Shown here: piece after piece, positions 61,301 through 64,000 of the stretch | Position numbering within the stretch: position 1 is the first letter of the stretch | How the letters are laid out: each line of letters begins with the position of its first letter | Assembly (NCBI GenBank): GCA_963804995.1 | Contig: CAWDSK010000003.1 | Location: 1,312,001-1,376,000 of the forward strand | Origin: an uncultured Acidobacteriota bacterium | GTDB lineage: Bacteria > Acidobacteriota > Terriglobia > UBA7540 | DNA length: 64,000 nucleotides | Direction of reading: 5' to 3' | Position numbers and translations under genes: made by a program | The notes under the pieces: generated by a model | Databases searched by the model: none | What the model saw: only the letters and a program-made list of their open reading frames with translations | What the model was told of the DNA's origin: nothing

Positions 61301-61811
61301 CGATAAGCTCTGGCGCCCGAACCGCCTGACCAATGGTTGGGTGATTTCGGGAATCACGCGCTTCTCTACCGGCTTGCCCATACTCCTGCAGGAAGCCGAC
61401 GACCACAGCTTACTCGGCACGGGGGGTTGCACGAGCTCCAACGGCGCGGAGGAGCCCAACTTTCTTGGGGGCGCCCTGGCGGGCAGCGACCCGCGCTTGG
61501 CCAATCGGTCTGCCAAAACGAATCCTTACTTCAACAAGTCCCTGTTCACCAAGGAATCGATTGGACAGCTCGGAACCGCCAATCGGCGATTCTTCCACGG
61601 CCCGGGTCTCAATAACTGGGACTTGGCATTGATGAAGGACCTGCGCTTAACCGAGTCGAAGAAGCTGGAGTTCCGGGCGGAGTTCTTCAACGTTTTCAAT
61701 CACGCCCAATTCGGGCGACCGTCGGGGAACATTCTGAGCTCGAATTTCGGCTTCGTGACCAGTGCCAACGCCCCGCGCATCGGGCAACTTGCACTTAAGT
61801 TCTACTTCTAG
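58308..61811 (+). CDS. TonB-dependent receptor (Oar-like, carboxypeptidase-regulatory N-domain)
   Basis: Signal peptide; PLNGRSY, NQFGGTIGGP, YAQDSWR..LTLNYGLRW, C-terminal QLALKFYF. Confidence 0.93.
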   Translation: MFRPTGLLRALLWVSIFLLGVPLSFGSVGGSISGLVTDPSGAVIIGAEVLALDTATGIKSPNKTDSAGFYSFPSLPIGPYEIQVRQTGFKEFRATGLVIDANTALRVDATLQVGTVTEEVSVSATAVQVETTNTQMGEVIGTNKMELVPLNGRSYTDLLALQPGVVPQSSGVYSGNKVSGDLNPGNLSVSGQRESANGFMVNGGNVQEGLKMGTAIIPNLNSIAEFRILTNNADAEYGNYSGGLVNAVTKSGTNRLHGDGFDFMRNYNMDSRNFYSPTRGTLHRNQFGGTIGGPIRHDKLFFFGDFQGSRQVTGVDSGLIAVPSTADKSGNLSDVASQLTGTVTGQYWANQLSQKLGYPVAVDEPYYTSGCTSSANCVFPNAQIPQKVWSTPAPNLLKYFPDPNAGTSFTTSAFDNTLRDNKWSSRIDANTRLGLVSGYYFFDQYNVLNPYYVSLPGFSVSNVGRAQNLNLGVTKSLGPNAVNEFRLNYVRNVYGTTPIGGIGIKLSDLGFVEGPGTLGIIPQMPPQYEGMPYTSFNSFSMGTPEGFSIIYNNTYQVLDNFSKVIGTHTLKFGGAAHYDQITNKEYGESEGTFAFNGAETGVDFADFLLGAPSGFNQGVQIPFHTRTKYYGLYAQDSWRARPNLTLNYGLRWESSTPFYEAFNQMEALVYGEQSVVFPGSPKGWVFPGDPGIPTTIAPTRYNNFSPRIGLAYSPNASGGFGEKLLGGAGKTSIRAAFGIYYTAFEDGEMFYAEGDAPFGFFYSAIAPPLFATPYIDRQTGFVEGQRFPVIFPPANASAQHPDNNVDWASFEPISSSPVLGTDARLPYAEHYNLSVQRQFGSDTILSLSYVGTQSHRLLGAVASNVGNPALCLSVSKSSQVMPGTGTCGPNGENSIYYPVTGGVINGTRSPFGNDFGSNDYYNTMANSNYNALEASLRHTSGRSEFLAGYTFSKVLANASSWGSGNEIINPINPQISKALAAFDVTHNFVVSYGYQIPFDKLWRPNRLTNGWVISGITRFSTGLPILLQEADDHSLLGTGGCTSSNGAEEPNFLGGALAGSDPRLANRSAKTNPYFNKSLFTKESIGQLGTANRRFFHGPGLNNWDLALMKDLRLTESKKLEFRAEFFNVFNHAQFGRPSGNILSSNFGFVTSANAPRIGQLALKFYF

Positions 61812-61831
61812 CACTAAAGTGACGCTGAACG

Positions 61832-61883
61832 GCCCGAGGTCAAGCGCAGGCCTGTGACATCAAGCTCCTGCTTGACCTCGGGC
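61832..61883 (+). terminator. Strong hairpin after the TonB-dependent receptor gene
   Basis: GCCCGAGGTCAAGC / GCTTGACCTCGGGC 14-bp arms; no U-tract on the + strand. Confidence 0.45.
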
Positions 61884-62454
61884 AAAACACTCTGCCTCAG
61901 CCCTGCCACCTATCGGCCATTGCCAATACATATTGAAAAAGCATGCTCAAAACGCTGTTGCGTAAATTATCACTGCTCGTGTCCAGGATGGTCGGGTACT
62001 CGAAAACAACCCCTGTGCGGTGCGGCTCCACGTATTACGTTGATGGTCACTTGGATTCGTCGCGTTACAGGAAAAGTGATCAAAGCCCCTAAAAGTGGTA
62101 GCGCAGTCGAATCCCAGATTACCCCCCGAAAGTCGCCAAGGGTTTAGTAATCGCCGCGGGTGTCGCCACACCGGGCACTTTGCCGAGAAACGGCCTTGCC
62201 GCGGAAGTGCCTCGCCACGGCGCGCGCATGGAGGCAGCAGCACCGCCATCGTCCATTACCCACAGCATATTGTTTACGGACGTGCCGGGGTCATCATCCA
62301 AGCTGGCGCGCTAAGATTCTTCTTGCGGTCATCTGCAGACCATCACCGAGGCGCCGATTGCTGCTGATGTTCTTGCCGACGGACAAATATGGTACACTCC
62401 GGCCCACACCAAGTTTAAGAATCACCATCTGAGCGGCGTTGGAGGAGGGCTCCC

Positions 62455-63393
62455 ATGGAAGGATTCGTGACATTTTTCTTCGTAGTATTGATCGTTTTCG
62501 GCATCGGCACGTTCTTCTCAGGGCTGTTCACGGTGCCCACTGCCAAGGCGGCCGTGGTGCAACGGTTCGGCAGATTTGTGCGCGTGGCGGGGCCGGGGCT
62601 GAATTTCAAGTTGCCCTGGATTGAGCAGGTGGTGGCCAAGGTAGACCTGCGCGTGCAGCAACTCGACGTGCGCATGGAGACCAAGACCAAAGACAACGTC
62701 TTCGTGCAGATTCCGGTTTCGGTCCAGTACCATGTGCTGCCCGACCGGGTTTACGAAGCCTACTACAAGCTTTCCGACCCCAAGGAGCAGATTGGCTCCT
62801 TCGTCTTCAATGTGATCCTGGGCCACGTCCCCAAGATGATCCTGGACGAGGCCTTCGAGCGCCAGAACGATATCGCCGTGGCAGTCAAGACCGAACTGGA
62901 TGGAGTCATGGCCGGGTTTGGATATGGCATCGTCAAAGCCCTGGTCACGGACATCATCCCCGACGCCAAGGTGAAGTCCGCCATGAATGACATCAATGCG
63001 GCGCGGCGCGAGCAGGAAGCTGCCAATGCCCGCGGTGAAGCGGAAAAAATCCTGAAGGTAAAACAGGCGGAAGCCGAAGCGCAGAGCAAACAACTGCAAG
63101 GCCAGGGCATCGCGAACCAGCGCAAAGCCATCATTGACGGCCTGCGTGAATCCGTCGAACTCTTTAAGGCCGGCGTCGAAGGCGCCACCGCCAAGGACGT
63201 GATGGTGCTTGTGCTGCTCACCCAATATTTCGACACGCTCAAGGATATCGGCGCCACGGCCCATTCCAACACTATCCTGATGCCGCACAGTCCCGGCGCG
63301 CTTTCTGATTACTTCGACCAGATCCGCAACGCGATTGTGCTGGGGCAGGCGGTCACGAACCCCGTCCCCGGCCAGCCTGGCACACCGGCATGA
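62455..63393 (+). CDS. SPFH/Band 7 domain membrane protein
   Basis: N-terminal TM; ETKTKDNVFV, AMNDINAA, TQYFDTLKDIG. Confidence 0.93.
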   Translation: MEGFVTFFFVVLIVFGIGTFFSGLFTVPTAKAAVVQRFGRFVRVAGPGLNFKLPWIEQVVAKVDLRVQQLDVRMETKTKDNVFVQIPVSVQYHVLPDRVYEAYYKLSDPKEQIGSFVFNVILGHVPKMILDEAFERQNDIAVAVKTELDGVMAGFGYGIVKALVTDIIPDAKVKSAMNDINAARREQEAANARGEAEKILKVKQAEAEAQSKQLQGQGIANQRKAIIDGLRESVELFKAGVEGATAKDVMVLVLLTQYFDTLKDIGATAHSNTILMPHSPGALSDYFDQIRNAIVLGQAVTNPVPGQPGTPA

Positions 63394-63457
63394 AGCCGGT
63401 TTGAAACATCGAGCTGCCGCTGCGACCTGACGCTTTGAGTAGCAAAGGAAAACCACC

Positions 63458-64000
63458 ATGGGAAGAAACGGAATTGGCGGTGTCGCGAAACTTGGCTTGT
63501 GGGGCGCAGTGTTCGTGATGTTTCTGGGGGCGGGGGTCCGTGGCGAGGACCCACGCGTCACCCAGGATGTGAAGCTCGTTGATGCAGTCGCGACGCGCGG
63601 CCCCTTCCAGCCCACCTGGCTATCGCTCGAAAAGTATGAAGCGCCCCAGTGGTACAAGGACGCGAAATTCGGGATCTTCCTGCACTGGGGTGTGTACTCG
63701 GTTCCCGCCTTCGACAGCGAATGGTATCCGCGCAACATGTACATCGTCGGCAGTCCGGTCTACAAACATCACGTTGCAACCTATGGGCCGCCGTCGAAAT
63801 TCGGCTACAAGGATTTTATTCCTCAGTTTCGCGCCGAAAAGTTCAATGCCGACGCCTGGGCGGAGCTGTTCCGAAAAGCCGGGGCCAGGTATGTTATGCC
63901 CGTGGCCGAGCATCACGACGGCTTCGCGATGTACGACCTCTCCTTCAGCGATTGGACGGCGGTGAAGATGGGTCCGCACCGTGACGTGGTGGGGGAGCTC
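63458..64000 (+). CDS. Alpha-L-fucosidase (GH29), runs off the window
   Basis: Signal peptide; WYKDAKFGIFLHWGVYSVPA, EWYPRNMY, AEHHDGF. Confidence 0.92.
   Translation, partial: MGRNGIGGVAKLGLWGAVFVMFLGAGVRGEDPRVTQDVKLVDAVATRGPFQPTWLSLEKYEAPQWYKDAKFGIFLHWGVYSVPAFDSEWYPRNMYIVGSPVYKHHVATYGPPSKFGYKDFIPQFRAEKFNADAWAELFRKAGARYVMPVAEHHDGFAMYDLSFSDWTAVKMGPHRDVVGEL

Noticed and set aside
61890..62440. Possible riboswitch, ncRNA or small ORFs upstream of the SPFH gene
   Set aside because: No recognisable conserved RNA motif or protein signature by eye.

Overview
GC-rich bacterial window, most likely Acidobacteriota (Terriglobia-like), judged from the Oar-type TonB-dependent receptor, gene repertoire and repeat families. 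It has four parts. (i) 1-7650: a decayed island of uncharacterised genes (transglutaminase-like membrane protein, TrbI-like secreted protein, double-zinc-ribbon protein) ending in an integrase pseudogene beside tRNA-Leu(CAA). (ii) 7.9-33 kb: a mixed housekeeping/accessory zone with TPR, STAS, CSP, MttB-family, GGDEF, hemL, alkA and two TA-like pairs, plus a complete class E-like group II intron (15136-17048, minus strand). (iii) 33.4-52 kb: the dcw cell-wall/division cluster on the minus strand, mraZ to ftsZ, with murG frameshifted in a G6 run. (iv) 52-64 kb: amidohydrolase, HigBA-like pair, IS1380-like remnant, Tat-signalled DegT aminotransferase, TonB-dependent receptor, SPFH protein and a partial GH29. 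The most striking signal is that the intron sits precisely inside a GTAG-REP-like hairpin repeat, its EBS1 loop is complementary to that repeat, and empty copies of the target occur elsewhere in the window. Several palindromic repeat/MITE families and heptamer tandem repeats fill the intergenic spaces. No database searches were run, so family names rest on motif recognition. The frameshifts may be assembly errors.
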